64,000 nucleotides of DNA from Thermoplasmatales archaeon SG8-52-3 (GCA_001595915.1 LSSG01000032.1:23142-87141); one strand, 5' to 3'; numbered from the stretch's first letter, positions 35,172-44,883 are shown. Notes: generated from the sequence alone by a model not told the origin. Program-made: numbers and translations.

Positions 35172-35413
35172 TTTTTTTTTAAAAAAATATTACTCATTTC
35201 GATTATAGTATTTTACTTGGAAAGAGGGGTCTAGGGGGAGGTAAAATCGGAGCCATTCATGAAGCGAAGATATCATAACTTACCTTGCTAGACCAAATTA
35301 ACTATCATCTTATTATTTAATAAAGATAACGAAAATTATCACGTCATTTGTCGTAAAATAATGTAAAAATAGAATGAGCAAAGTATAATTATAATAATTT
35401 TAAATTGTAAAAA

Positions 35414-36103
35414 ATGATATATTTATTGGCGTTTGATATGTTACCATATATAATATTACACAATTCAATAAGTTTAGATGGCTCTTTGATAAATTTTAAT
35501 GTGAATATGGATATTCACTACCAAATTGCAAGTAGTTATAAACCAGATGCCCATTTAATAGGTTCAAAAACTATAAAAACTGGTATAGAACAATATGGTA
35601 GTGCACCACAAGAAGAGAGTAAGGATTTTATAAAACCAGAAAGGGATTCTAATCTTCCATATTGGATTATAATAGATACAAAAGGAACTCTCAAAGGATT
35701 ACTCCATGAAGTTAGAAGATTTGAATTTTGTAAAGATGTTGTTATCTTTATTTCACAAGATACTCCTAAAGATTATATTAATTATTTAGAAAAAAGAAAT
35801 TATGATTTTCATATTGTTGGAAAAAAGAACATAGATCTGGATACGTCCTTTAAAATACTTAGTGATAAATACAATGTGAAAAAAATTTTAACAGATACAG
35901 GAAAAATATTAGGTAATCTTTTAATAAATAATGGCTTTGTAAAAGAGATAAGTTTACTTGTTCATCCAGTAATTGTTGGTAAAAAATCATACAACATTTT
36001 TGAAAGCATCAATAAAAATATTGGTTTAAAGTTATTTAGATATGATATAATAGATAAGGATTTTATATGGCTTACATATAAGGTTGATAACACTAAAAAT
36101 TGA
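35414..36103 (+). CDS. RibD C-terminal-domain / dihydrofolate-reductase-family reductase
   Basis: 229 aa; the start is likely ATG 35438 (MLPYIILHNSISLDGSL). LIGSKTIKTG and the overall alternation are typical of the RibD_C/DHFR-like fold. Confidence 0.6.
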   Translation: MIYLLAFDMLPYIILHNSISLDGSLINFNVNMDIHYQIASSYKPDAHLIGSKTIKTGIEQYGSAPQEESKDFIKPERDSNLPYWIIIDTKGTLKGLLHEVRRFEFCKDVVIFISQDTPKDYINYLEKRNYDFHIVGKKNIDLDTSFKILSDKYNVKKILTDTGKILGNLLINNGFVKEISLLVHPVIVGKKSYNIFESINKNIGLKLFRYDIIDKDFIWLTYKVDNTKN

Positions 36104-36104
36104 T

Positions 36105-37082
36105 TTAAAATAATTCAGGTAACCATCGTTCTTTGTGAATCTCTCTTGCCATCCAAAAATTTGTTTTTCTTATAGCACCAGGAAATCTCTTGTCTATTTC
36201 ATCAATGATTTTTGTAAGTGAATTAAAATCCTTTACTAATAATTCAAAATTTAGATCACACCAGCCTATGGTCATATCCATTATATATCCTACATATGGA
36301 TTACCTTTCAAATAATCTTCTATCTTACTTCCTTTTGTGTGGTCTTTTAGATATATATCAATCATACAATTTTGAAGATTAAGCATCGATAAGTCAATAT
36401 CAACCCGAAATGCAAGAATTACATCTTTTTTTATCAAGCTTTTAATTCTATAATTAATAGTCTGTGAGGAACTATTCAGTTTTTCAGCAAGTTTTAATAG
36501 TGAAATCCTAGCATTATCTGCAATTTCATTTAGAAGCTGATAATCAAGCTTATCAATTTTTGCTGGTTCACCAACACAACTTATAGTATAAAACTCTCTA
36601 TCTGTTCTATCATAACCATCTTTTAGAAGATAAGATCTTTTAAGACAATTTACCTGGGTTAATATTGAAACTGAATATTTTTCAAAATAATTTCCATAAG
36701 TATCAAGAGTTTTATTCCAAAACTGATTAAATTTATAAACATCATCAACCCATAAAACTGCACTTAAATCAATAGGACCTTTTGCTGATTGTAATGTCCA
36801 AATATTCTTATAATTTTTAAAATAATTAATGATTTCTTCTTTGGTTTCGGGACTAACGTCTAAAAAATTAATATAGATTCTAAATGCATAATACCCGAGT
36901 TTCAATGAATTTATAGAAGTCCAAAAACATTTGATAACGCCAAGGTCCTGCATTCTTTTTATTCTATAGTTTACAACTTCTTTTGATAGACCTACCTTTC
37001 TTCCAATTTGATTATTTGATTGTCTACAATTAAGATCTAGCTGATATAAGATTTTTCTATCTTTTAGGTCAATTTTTAACAT
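36105..37082 (-). CDS. Tandem (double) Lrp/AsnC-family transcriptional regulator
   Basis: 325 aa with two HTH_AsnC modules (DRKILYQLDLNCRQSNNQIGRKVGLSKEVVNYRIKRMQDLGVI and LDYQLLNEIADNARISLLKLAEKLNSSSQTINYRIKSLIKKDVI), each followed by a RAM-like domain. Confidence 0.7.
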   Translation of the reverse strand: MLKIDLKDRKILYQLDLNCRQSNNQIGRKVGLSKEVVNYRIKRMQDLGVIKCFWTSINSLKLGYYAFRIYINFLDVSPETKEEIINYFKNYKNIWTLQSAKGPIDLSAVLWVDDVYKFNQFWNKTLDTYGNYFEKYSVSILTQVNCLKRSYLLKDGYDRTDREFYTISCVGEPAKIDKLDYQLLNEIADNARISLLKLAEKLNSSSQTINYRIKSLIKKDVILAFRVDIDLSMLNLQNCMIDIYLKDHTKGSKIEDYLKGNPYVGYIMDMTIGWCDLNFELLVKDFNSLTKIIDEIDKRFPGAIRKTNFWMAREIHKERWLPELF

Positions 37083-37217
37083 TTTACTTCCTTTGTTTAC
37101 TCAAAAGTAAATAATTTCATACTATTTTAGAATTTTGATAAAAAATACAGATATTGGATTTTATATTTGATATAGTCTATATAAACTCAAAAATTAGATA
37201 AAATTGGAGGAAAAAAA

Positions 37218-37487
37218 ATGTCACAATGTGAAGAATGTGGAAAGAAGCTAGGAATTTTTGAAGGATATAGACACCCAACCATGGGAAAGAAACATTTAGT
37301 ATGTAGCCCATGTTTTGAACATGTAGAAGAAAGTGTTGCAAAATGGAGAGAATTTGTAGTAAATAATTCATTTAATGTAAATACATCTGAAATACCTAAC
37401 CAAGTCAGCTGGAAAGAGAAAATGCCAGATTTCTCATCAATGAATATACCCCAACGCGTTCTTGCAGAGATCTTAGTCTATCTATAG
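37218..37487 (+). CDS. Small zinc-finger-like hypothetical protein
   Basis: 89 aa with CEECG...CSPC cysteine pairs near the N-terminus. Confidence 0.4.
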   Translation: MSQCEECGKKLGIFEGYRHPTMGKKHLVCSPCFEHVEESVAKWREFVVNNSFNVNTSEIPNQVSWKEKMPDFSSMNIPQRVLAEILVYL

Positions 37488-37506
37488 ATGTAATTCTATA
37501 GATAGA
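37477..37506 (+). terminator. Hairpin overlapping the stop codon of 37218..37487
   Basis: tctatctatag (37477-37487) pairs perfectly with ctatagataga (37496-37506) around an 8-nt loop, atgtaatt. Confidence 0.3.
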
Positions 37507-37540
37507 TCTTCAAAGCCAGTACTATAAGAGATATAGAATA

Positions 37541-37780
37541 TTGAATCTCAAAGGAGGCTTTATAATGATAGAAATAATGGAAAACGCAACAATTGTTTAT
37601 ACAGATGGGGTAAAGGAAAGATTTGAAGCAGTTTATTTAACAGATAAACGAGTGATAACAGGGAGAATCTATAGAACTAATGGAACTGAAGAGTTCAAAG
37701 AATATGGATTCATCTCAAGAAATAATGTAAAACATATTTATAATGGCTCAAAAAGAAAAGTAAAAAATTTAAGATCTTAA
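37541..37780 (+). CDS. Small hypothetical protein
   Basis: The start is likely ATG 37565 (MIEIMENATIVYTDG...), a few nt downstream of aaggagg. About 71 aa, no motif recognised. Confidence 0.35.
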   Translation: MNLKGGFIMIEIMENATIVYTDGVKERFEAVYLTDKRVITGRIYRTNGTEEFKEYGFISRNNVKHIYNGSKRKVKNLRS

Positions 37781-37853
37781 AACCTAATAGTTGACCATAC
37801 TTTATTTCCTTGAAAATAAGTATGATTTTTGATTTTAGGTCAACTTTTAGGTT
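37781..37853. repeat. Nested imperfect palindrome (possible bidirectional terminator or protein-binding site)
   Basis: The outer arms aacctaatagttgacc (37781-37796) and ggtcaacttttaggtt (37838-37853) match at 15 of 16 positions. The inner arms are catactttattt (37797-37808) and aaaataagtatg (37813-37824). Confidence 0.4.
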
Positions 37854-38098
37854 ATATCAATAAATAAGTTTGAATCATTGTGGTGAGGATTCACAAAAAA
37901 ATCATAAAAATGGTTAAATCTTAAAACAAAAAATAATTATTTTCACCATTTTAATTTTATTTAATCTTTTTATAAAAATAATTTTTGTAGTTAAATTTTT
38001 TTATCATTCTAAAAAAATGATTTTTTTTGCAAATTTTGGCAAATATTAATGTTTAAATACATTAAACTCTTTGTATTAAATTTGGTAGGTATTATATT

Positions 38099-39364
38099 AT
38101 GAAAAAGAATATAACTAGAATTTTTTTATCAATATTTCTTTTTATTTTACTATTAGGTATTGGATTTTCAAGCTCTATTGGAGAAGCATTTTCATATAAA
38201 TTAAATAAAACTGTTAATGGAAATATTCTTTATGTGGGTGGAACAGGTCCTGGTAACTATTCAGATATTCAAGAGGCAATAGATAATGCAGAGAATGGTG
38301 ACACAATTTTTGTGTATATTGGAGATTACCCTGCTGATATTGTAGTTGACAAATCTATAATACTTATTGGAGAAAATAGAGAAAAAACAATTATTCAGGA
38401 CGCAAGTGATGGAATATTTGTTTTTGCAGATAAAGTGACAATTACAAATTTCACAATTACACATTGTGGAGGTTTTTGGGATAAGGCTGGGATATTAATC
38501 CGCTCAAATGATAATACAATTTGCTATAATAATATTGTAAACAATGGAGTTTTGAATGGAATATATCTAGAATTTGCTTCTTTTAATAATGTTTTTAGCA
38601 ACCTAATAGAAAATTGTCAATACAATGGTATTAAACTTGCTTATTCAAATTATAATAATATCAGTGGAAATATGATATCAACAAACAATGGAATGGGGAT
38701 TATCTTTCATGATTCATCTAACAATAATATTTTATTAAATACCATATCGCAAAGCTATTGGGGTGGTATTCAGATTTATGATAATTCTAATAACAACTTA
38801 TTATACCATAATAATTTAATAGAAAATGAAATTGATAACGGATATGATATATGTGGTAATGTCTGGGATAATGGAGCAGAGGGAAACTACTGGGATGATT
38901 ACTCAGGAGTTGATAATGACGGTGATGGAATAGGTGATACTCCCTACATAATTGATGGTAACACAACCAATGATAATTATCCCTTAATGAACATATATGA
39001 AATACCTTCAACTCCAACAATAAATGGTCCAATAAACGGTAAAACTGATGAAATATATGATTACACCTTTTCTACAACTGATCCAAATAGTGATGATATT
39101 TTTTACTATATTGAATGGGGAGATAATTCAAATTCGGGTTGGATTGGTCCTTATCAGTCAGGCTCAGAAATAGAACTTCAACATTCTTGGTCTGAAAAGG
39201 GTACAAAATTAATAACTGCAAGAGCAAAGGATACTAATGGGTTATTAGGATTTTCAAATACAATTGAGGTCTATATACCAAAAAACAATGTAAATTATAA
39301 CTTATTATGCAAATGGTTTTTTGAAAGGTTTTTATTGTTCGAAAAATTATTATTGTTATTTTAA
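38099..39364 (+). CDS. Secreted right-handed beta-helix (NosD/pectate-lyase-like) protein with a PKD-like domain and shared tail motif
   Basis: 421 aa with a signal. It has repeated NN(I/V)xxN turns (ICYNNIVNN, NNVFSNLIEN, NNISGNMIS, NNILLNTIS, NNLLYHNNLIEN), a PKD-like module containing YIEWGDNS, and ends ...WFFERFLLFEKLLLLF. Confidence 0.65.
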   Translation: MKKNITRIFLSIFLFILLLGIGFSSSIGEAFSYKLNKTVNGNILYVGGTGPGNYSDIQEAIDNAENGDTIFVYIGDYPADIVVDKSIILIGENREKTIIQDASDGIFVFADKVTITNFTITHCGGFWDKAGILIRSNDNTICYNNIVNNGVLNGIYLEFASFNNVFSNLIENCQYNGIKLAYSNYNNISGNMISTNNGMGIIFHDSSNNNILLNTISQSYWGGIQIYDNSNNNLLYHNNLIENEIDNGYDICGNVWDNGAEGNYWDDYSGVDNDGDGIGDTPYIIDGNTTNDNYPLMNIYEIPSTPTINGPINGKTDEIYDYTFSTTDPNSDDIFYYIEWGDNSNSGWIGPYQSGSEIELQHSWSEKGTKLITARAKDTNGLLGFSNTIEVYIPKNNVNYNLLCKWFFERFLLFEKLLLLF

Positions 39365-39375
39365 AAAATATAATA

Positions 39376-40689
39376 TTAGTTTTCAATTCTTCTCTTATTT
39401 GTATAAGTCATACCTTGAAATGAAATAGAGGTAATTGTTATAAGTGGAAAAAGTCCTTTATTCACATTTCTTCCTATTATCCTTAAAATATTTGAAGGAT
39501 TATAAAATCCATTATACATCTTTTGTATACCATTCATCAAATCATCAGCTGTTAGATTTTTTGGCTTGTAAACAACATTTTTACCGTCATATTTGCTCCA
39601 ATCCTTAATTACAATTCGATTTTGTCTTTCATATTCATCAAATAATGGTGTCCCTGGAAATGGAGTTAATATATGAAACTCTGCTTTATCAATATCAGAT
39701 TTACAAATGAAATCAAGGGTACTATCAAAAATATCAGTTTTATCAGCATCAAAACCAAACATGAATGAACCTTCAACGTTCATACCAAAGTTATGAATTT
39801 TATTTATAACAGATAAATATTGTTCAGAAACATTTGTTTTTTTTCCAATTGAATCAAGAGACTTTTGAGATATTGAATCAAAACCTATTGTCCAAGAAAT
39901 GCAACCAGCCTCTTGTGCAAATCTTAAAAGTTCTTCATCCTTAAATAAAATATTTGCATTTCCATAACAATAAAACTTTTTACCTAAATCTTTCATATTT
40001 TTAAACAATTCTTTTGTATAATTAGTATTAATTGTTAAAGATGCATCACTAAAAAGTATATACTTTTGAGGAATTTTTTGAATTTCATTTATCACTTGAT
40101 CAATAGGTCTAACCCTAAACACTCTACGTCCGGGACTATGAGAAATCGCACAGAAGTTACAACCATGTGGACATCCTCTGGTAGCTTCTATTGCTACAGC
40201 AGAATTGATTCCTTTTTGCTTTATTCTTCCATTCCCATAATTTGGTAAAAGAGAAAGATCGACTGGTTTTTCTTGTCTATATATTTGTTTTAACTTATCT
40301 TCCTCAATATCTTTAAGTAACTGTGGCCAAAGCTCTTCAGCCTCCCCGATAACTATACTGTCAGCATGTTGTTTTGCTTCTTCTGGAAGAGCAGAAGGGT
40401 GCCAACCACCTAGAACAACCTTTTTTCCTCTTTTTCTAAAATTTTCAGATATCTCATATGCTTTTAGAGCTTGATTCGTCATTACAGATATCCCAATTAA
40501 ATCGTAGTTCTTTTCGTAATCAATATTTTCTAATCTTTCATCTATAATCTCAATCGAATTTTTTTCAGGAGTCATATTTGTAAGAGCCTTAAAAGCAGGA
40601 ATTATTGGATTTGAAAAAATACTAAAAAATTTAACAATAAATGAAGGTAAGGTCTTTACAGGATTTGGGTATATTAATAATATTTTCAT
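39376..40689 (-). CDS. B12-binding-domain radical SAM protein
   Basis: 437 aa with an N-terminal cobalamin-binding-like Rossmann region followed by EATRGCPHGCNFCAIS (the CxxxCxxC radical-SAM cluster motif). Confidence 0.8.
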   Translation of the reverse strand: MKILLIYPNPVKTLPSFIVKFFSIFSNPIIPAFKALTNMTPEKNSIEIIDERLENIDYEKNYDLIGISVMTNQALKAYEISENFRKRGKKVVLGGWHPSALPEEAKQHADSIVIGEAEELWPQLLKDIEEDKLKQIYRQEKPVDLSLLPNYGNGRIKQKGINSAVAIEATRGCPHGCNFCAISHSPGRRVFRVRPIDQVINEIQKIPQKYILFSDASLTINTNYTKELFKNMKDLGKKFYCYGNANILFKDEELLRFAQEAGCISWTIGFDSISQKSLDSIGKKTNVSEQYLSVINKIHNFGMNVEGSFMFGFDADKTDIFDSTLDFICKSDIDKAEFHILTPFPGTPLFDEYERQNRIVIKDWSKYDGKNVVYKPKNLTADDLMNGIQKMYNGFYNPSNILRIIGRNVNKGLFPLITITSISFQGMTYTNKRRIEN

Positions 40690-40819
40690 TTAACTTTCCG
40701 AAAATACACGCTCTATCTTAACTAATTTTCTACAATTCATTTAAATTTTTTATCTAATTTTAAAAAAAATTAAGGGGCGTTAATTTTATTATATACTTAA
40801 TGTTTATCTATAATTAATA

Positions 40820-42262
40820 TTGGGGAATTATATGTTTAATAAAATACAAAAAAGAATTTTGTTTACATTATTTACAGCCTCATTATTTATATTTAGTGTT
40901 GGTGCTAGTCCAACAGATAATGAGATGTCATTTGAAATAAATGGGCTTCAAGACCTTGACCCACTGGTCGATCTTGAAGTAACTGTGGAGATACAAGCAA
41001 TAAGATCTTTACAAAAATTTGAATATCCAAATCCAAAAACATTAGAGGCAATAGATTGGTTCAGCGATCCAGATTTTTTTGTTAAGGTCATAATTAATGA
41101 TCAAGAATTTGTAAGTGATATATGGTATGATACAAAATATATTTACAATCCTGATTTTTCCCCAACTCTTGATGTATCTGATGAGGAAGAGTTTGTTAAT
41201 ATAAAAATACAGTTGTATGATTGGAACGCTTTTGGTAATGTACTGTGTGACTTAAGTGCTAATGGTAAGGATGTAGAACTAACCTATAGCCTAAAAACAG
41301 GACATTGGTCTGGTGGAGACTTTCTAGAGGATTCGAGCGGATATGGTAGATTAAATGGATGTGCAGATGGTAGTATGTATAAACGTCAAAGAGATTGTGA
41401 ACTTTGGTTTAATATCTATCAAAATGATTTTGATGGGGATGGAATCCCTTACTGGACAGAGGTAAATGAATATGATACGGATCCATTGGTAGATAATACT
41501 GGTGAGGATTCAGATAAGGATGATGTTCCTATAGAATGGGAATGGAAATGGAATTATGATCCATTTAAGAAAGATAATCATTACTATTTAGACCCTGATG
41601 ATGATGGATTAGACAACCTAGAAGAGTATTTTGTCTCCAAATGGGGTTCTGATCCTTATAGAGCTGATGTTTTCATAGAGCTTGACTATATGGAGGAAAG
41701 TCCAGATGGTGTAAGCAGTGTTTTACCTGAGGGAGCAGATGAACTTCTCAGTACTGCATTTAATCGATTTGATAAGGTTTTCCATTTAGATGAGGGAGAA
41801 ATGGGTGGCGGTGGAGAAATAATACCATTTGATGATTATATTGGAGACCGTGATCTTGATAAGGTCTATGATGAGTATTTCCTTCATTATGATGATAATA
41901 ATTGGCGTAGAGGTGTTTTTAGATATAGTTTGATAATTTATGATCCAGGCAGAGCTGGATATAATTTTCGACGTGGTGCTTTTGTACTTAGTAGTAATCG
42001 TATAAAAGAAAAACCAACACCAGATATTCCAAGAACACGAGCTGTCGCATGGGCTAGTGTTTATATGCATGAGATGGGACATACATTTGATTTTCATAAC
42101 CCTGGAGTTGATAATCCAAACTTTTGGCAATATGTGAATTATAAAAGTTGTATGCTCTATCGCTATACATATAGACTAGTAGATTACTCTGATGGATCAC
42201 GTATAAATGATTTTAATGATTGGGAAGATATGGATCTTAAACATTTTCAAAGAGAATGGTAG
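40820..42262 (+). CDS. Secreted putative zinc metalloprotease with thrombospondin-type-3-like calcium-binding repeats
   Basis: The start is likely ATG 40832. It has a signal, Asp-rich repeats DFDGDGIPYWTEVNEYDTDP and DPDDDGLDNLEEY, and the HExxH motif in VYMHEMGHTFDF. Confidence 0.6.
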   Translation: MGNYMFNKIQKRILFTLFTASLFIFSVGASPTDNEMSFEINGLQDLDPLVDLEVTVEIQAIRSLQKFEYPNPKTLEAIDWFSDPDFFVKVIINDQEFVSDIWYDTKYIYNPDFSPTLDVSDEEEFVNIKIQLYDWNAFGNVLCDLSANGKDVELTYSLKTGHWSGGDFLEDSSGYGRLNGCADGSMYKRQRDCELWFNIYQNDFDGDGIPYWTEVNEYDTDPLVDNTGEDSDKDDVPIEWEWKWNYDPFKKDNHYYLDPDDDGLDNLEEYFVSKWGSDPYRADVFIELDYMEESPDGVSSVLPEGADELLSTAFNRFDKVFHLDEGEMGGGGEIIPFDDYIGDRDLDKVYDEYFLHYDDNNWRRGVFRYSLIIYDPGRAGYNFRRGAFVLSSNRIKEKPTPDIPRTRAVAWASVYMHEMGHTFDFHNPGVDNPNFWQYVNYKSCMLYRYTYRLVDYSDGSRINDFNDWEDMDLKHFQREW

Positions 42263-42333
42263 ATAAAAAATTCATTCCACCAATATAAATAATTTTTTAA
42301 TTTTTTTTCAAAAAAAGGGGGAGGGGAGTAATG

Positions 42334-42732
42334 TTATTTTCTAATTCTATAGCATATCATAATTATAGTAATTAGGCTAGCAATTGCTAAAATTATTAAT
42401 ACCGGGTGTTTTTCAATATCATTACTCCCATCTCTATTTAATTGATTCCCTAAGATAACCAGAGAATCCTTATATTCCTCCTCGGTATCTTTGAAATCTT
42501 CTTCCAAATCAATGGAAGATGTAATTTTGTCCTCACCGCCTTCATCTTTCTCAAATTTATTTTTTAAATTTTTATTTTGTGTAACAATTAGTGGTGCTTC
42601 AATTCCTTCTTTATTATCAATTATGTCAGTTTTTGATAGACTATCTTCTCTTGCAGTAGCAATAATGACAGATGAATAAAAAATGATTAATATTAAAAAT
42701 AAAACTATGCTCTTTCTATTAAAATTTTTCAT
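42334..42732 (-). CDS. Acidic type-I membrane protein (N-terminal signal, C-terminal TM)
   Basis: 132 aa with a signal, a Glu/Asp/Lys-rich ectodomain, and a C-terminal helix VLIILAIASLITIIMICY followed by RIRK. Confidence 0.4.
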   Translation of the reverse strand: MKNFNRKSIVLFLILIIFYSSVIIATAREDSLSKTDIIDNKEGIEAPLIVTQNKNLKNKFEKDEGGEDKITSSIDLEEDFKDTEEEYKDSLVILGNQLNRDGSNDIEKHPVLIILAIASLITIIMICYRIRK

Positions 42733-42832
42733 CTTGATTAAATATTTATACTTATTTATATACTGTTAGAAAATGTTTGGAAAAAACCAAACAATTTTAC
42801 TTATAAGTATGTATATATTATTGATTTGAGAT

Positions 42833-43840
42833 ATGATTACTTGGAAATCATTTTTGAAAAATGATTCAATAAATTGGTTATTGGAAAATAACAACCCTTC
42901 TGTTAGATATTTAACTTTAATGGATATTCTTAATAAATCTAATAAAAATTCTGAGGTTATTGAATCAAAAAAGAAAATAATGGAATCAGGATTGATTCAA
43001 AAAATTCTCTCAAAACAAAATTCTAAAGGTTATTGGTTCGAACCTGAAAATTTCTATATTAAAAGAAAATATAAGGGGACAGTTTGGAACTTAATAATAT
43101 TGGCTGAAATAGGTGCCGATGGAAATGATAAAAGAATAAAAAAAGCTTGTGAGTTTATTTTAAATAATTCTCAAAATAAAGAAAGTGGAGGATTTGCGTA
43201 TAGTGCTTTAAAAAGTGGAGGTGGAGCAGATTCAAAAGTGTTACCATGTTTATCAGGAAATATGGTATGGTCCTTAATCTGTTTTGGTTATATTGATGAT
43301 TTTAGAGTTCAAAAGGGGATTGAATGGATAACAAATTATCAAAGGTTTGATGATGGTATACAAGAATTACCTGAGAATTGGCCTTATAAAAAACATATAA
43401 ATTGTTTTGGAAAGCATTCTTGTCATATGGGAGTAGTTAAATCATTGAAAGCACTAGCAGAAATTCCTGAAGAAAAAAGATCAAAAATTGTCAAAATAAC
43501 AATTAAAAATGGTGTCGAATATTTACTAAAACATCATATTTACAAAAAAAGTCATGACTTAAATAAAGTCTCAAAACCTAGTTGGTTACAACTTAGTTTT
43601 CCACATATGTATCAAACAGACATATTAGAAATACTTGATATTTTAACTAGACTTTGGAATAAAGACAGACGGATGCAAGATGCAATTGATATTTTAATAT
43701 CAAAACAAAATGAAAATGGAACCTGGAATCTTGAAAGAACCTTTAATGGTCGTTTTATAACAAATATTGAAACTAAAGGAAAACCGAGTAAATGGATAAC
43801 TTTGAACGCTCTAAGGGTTTTGAAAAGGTATTATATCTAA
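42833..43840 (+). CDS. Alpha/alpha-toroid protein (prenyltransferase / squalene-oxidase-repeat-like)
   Basis: 335 aa with periodic motifs Q..KGYW, ESGGFAY, PCLSGNMVW, YQTDILE and QNENGTWN spaced as in terpenoid-cyclase/prenyltransferase repeats. No signal peptide. Confidence 0.45.
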   Translation: MITWKSFLKNDSINWLLENNNPSVRYLTLMDILNKSNKNSEVIESKKKIMESGLIQKILSKQNSKGYWFEPENFYIKRKYKGTVWNLIILAEIGADGNDKRIKKACEFILNNSQNKESGGFAYSALKSGGGADSKVLPCLSGNMVWSLICFGYIDDFRVQKGIEWITNYQRFDDGIQELPENWPYKKHINCFGKHSCHMGVVKSLKALAEIPEEKRSKIVKITIKNGVEYLLKHHIYKKSHDLNKVSKPSWLQLSFPHMYQTDILEILDILTRLWNKDRRMQDAIDILISKQNENGTWNLERTFNGRFITNIETKGKPSKWITLNALRVLKRYYI

Positions 43841-43922
43841 TTTCTTAACAATTGTAAATTATTTATATTAGAAAGTAATTATTGTATTTAAATAAGAATA
43901 TATTTATCGAAATATAAGGGAG

Positions 43923-44801
43923 GTGAAACATATGAAGAAAATCTTACTGGGTAGTATTATAGCATTAATGGTATTAATTCCAGTTGTAAGTGCTATAGAT
44001 GTCTCAATTGAAAATAAAACTGAAAAACCAATATCTATAATGCAGGATTTCACACATACTGTTTTTGTAGAATATGGATCTTTGACAACCTGTCCACCTT
44101 GTGTAACAGCATCTGCTCAATTATATAGTATTTATAATTCTGGTGATCTCGATTTTCATTATGCTACATTGGTTTGGGATGTTGCTAATGGAAATGTTCG
44201 TAGTAGACTCACAGAATTAGAAGTTGTTGGTGTACCAGATGTATTTTTTGATGGTGGATATAAGAGAATAATTGGTGGTCAAGGATCTGAAGCACCATAT
44301 AGAGGCGCAATTACACTAGCAGGAGAAAGAGAAGTCCCAGATATTGACATAGCATTAGATGTAACCTGGCTTGGTGGCGGAAAACTTAAAATCGAAGCGA
44401 CTGTCACAAACAATGAAGTTGAAGAGTTTAATGGTAATATTAGAACATATGTAGTTGAAAAAGAATCCAGGTGGAATGATTATTCTGGTAAACCATATCA
44501 TTATGCAGCTTTAGATATTCCAATAGATAAGAGTTTAGCAGTTGTTAACACTGAAGCCAAACCTCTTGGTGAATCTTATACATTTTCTAAAACCTGGAGA
44601 GGTTCAATTTATGGTTTTGGGGATATCACACAAGATAATACAATGGTAATAGTTGCAGTTTATGATAAGGAATCAGATTATGTTGTTCAAACAGCTGCAG
44701 CAAATCCAACCGGTAAAATTGGAAATTATAGACCAATAAATATTTTGTTTTATAAGATATTTGAACGATTTCAAGTACTAGAACAAATCCTAAACCTATA
44801 A
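43923..44801 (+). CDS. Secreted thioredoxin-like (CPPC) protein with shared tail motif
   Basis: The start is likely ATG 43932 (MKKILLGSIIALMVLIPVVSA). VEYGSLTTCPPCVTA carries a CxxC redox motif in a thioredoxin-like context. It ends ...ILFYKIFERFQVLEQILNL. Confidence 0.5.
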   Translation: MKHMKKILLGSIIALMVLIPVVSAIDVSIENKTEKPISIMQDFTHTVFVEYGSLTTCPPCVTASAQLYSIYNSGDLDFHYATLVWDVANGNVRSRLTELEVVGVPDVFFDGGYKRIIGGQGSEAPYRGAITLAGEREVPDIDIALDVTWLGGGKLKIEATVTNNEVEEFNGNIRTYVVEKESRWNDYSGKPYHYAALDIPIDKSLAVVNTEAKPLGESYTFSKTWRGSIYGFGDITQDNTMVIVAVYDKESDYVVQTAAANPTGKIGNYRPINILFYKIFERFQVLEQILNL

Positions 44802-44883
44802 TTAAAATCTAAAACTTTTTTTTTTTTATTTCTTTTTTTATTTCACATATCTTTTTAATTTTAAAGCTATTATCTCCTACGAA

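Noticed and set aside
35228-35294. Tested the GC-rich hairpin as a tRNA, C/D-box or H/ACA sRNA, on both strands.
   Set aside because: It has a 7-bp terminal stem but no D-arm or T-arm pairing and no GTTC-type T-loop, and at 67 nt it is too short. It has no RTGATGA/CTGA boxes. The internal loop (4/2 nt) is too small for a pseudouridylation pocket and there is no ACA box. It is kept only as an unclassified structured element.
42334-42732. The C-terminal TM helix plus RIRK of the acidic protein was considered as a classical sortase/archaeosortase tripartite signal.
   Set aside because: No conserved short motif (PGF, PEF, PIP or similar) precedes the helix, and there is no second example in the window. 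It is more simply a type-I membrane anchor.
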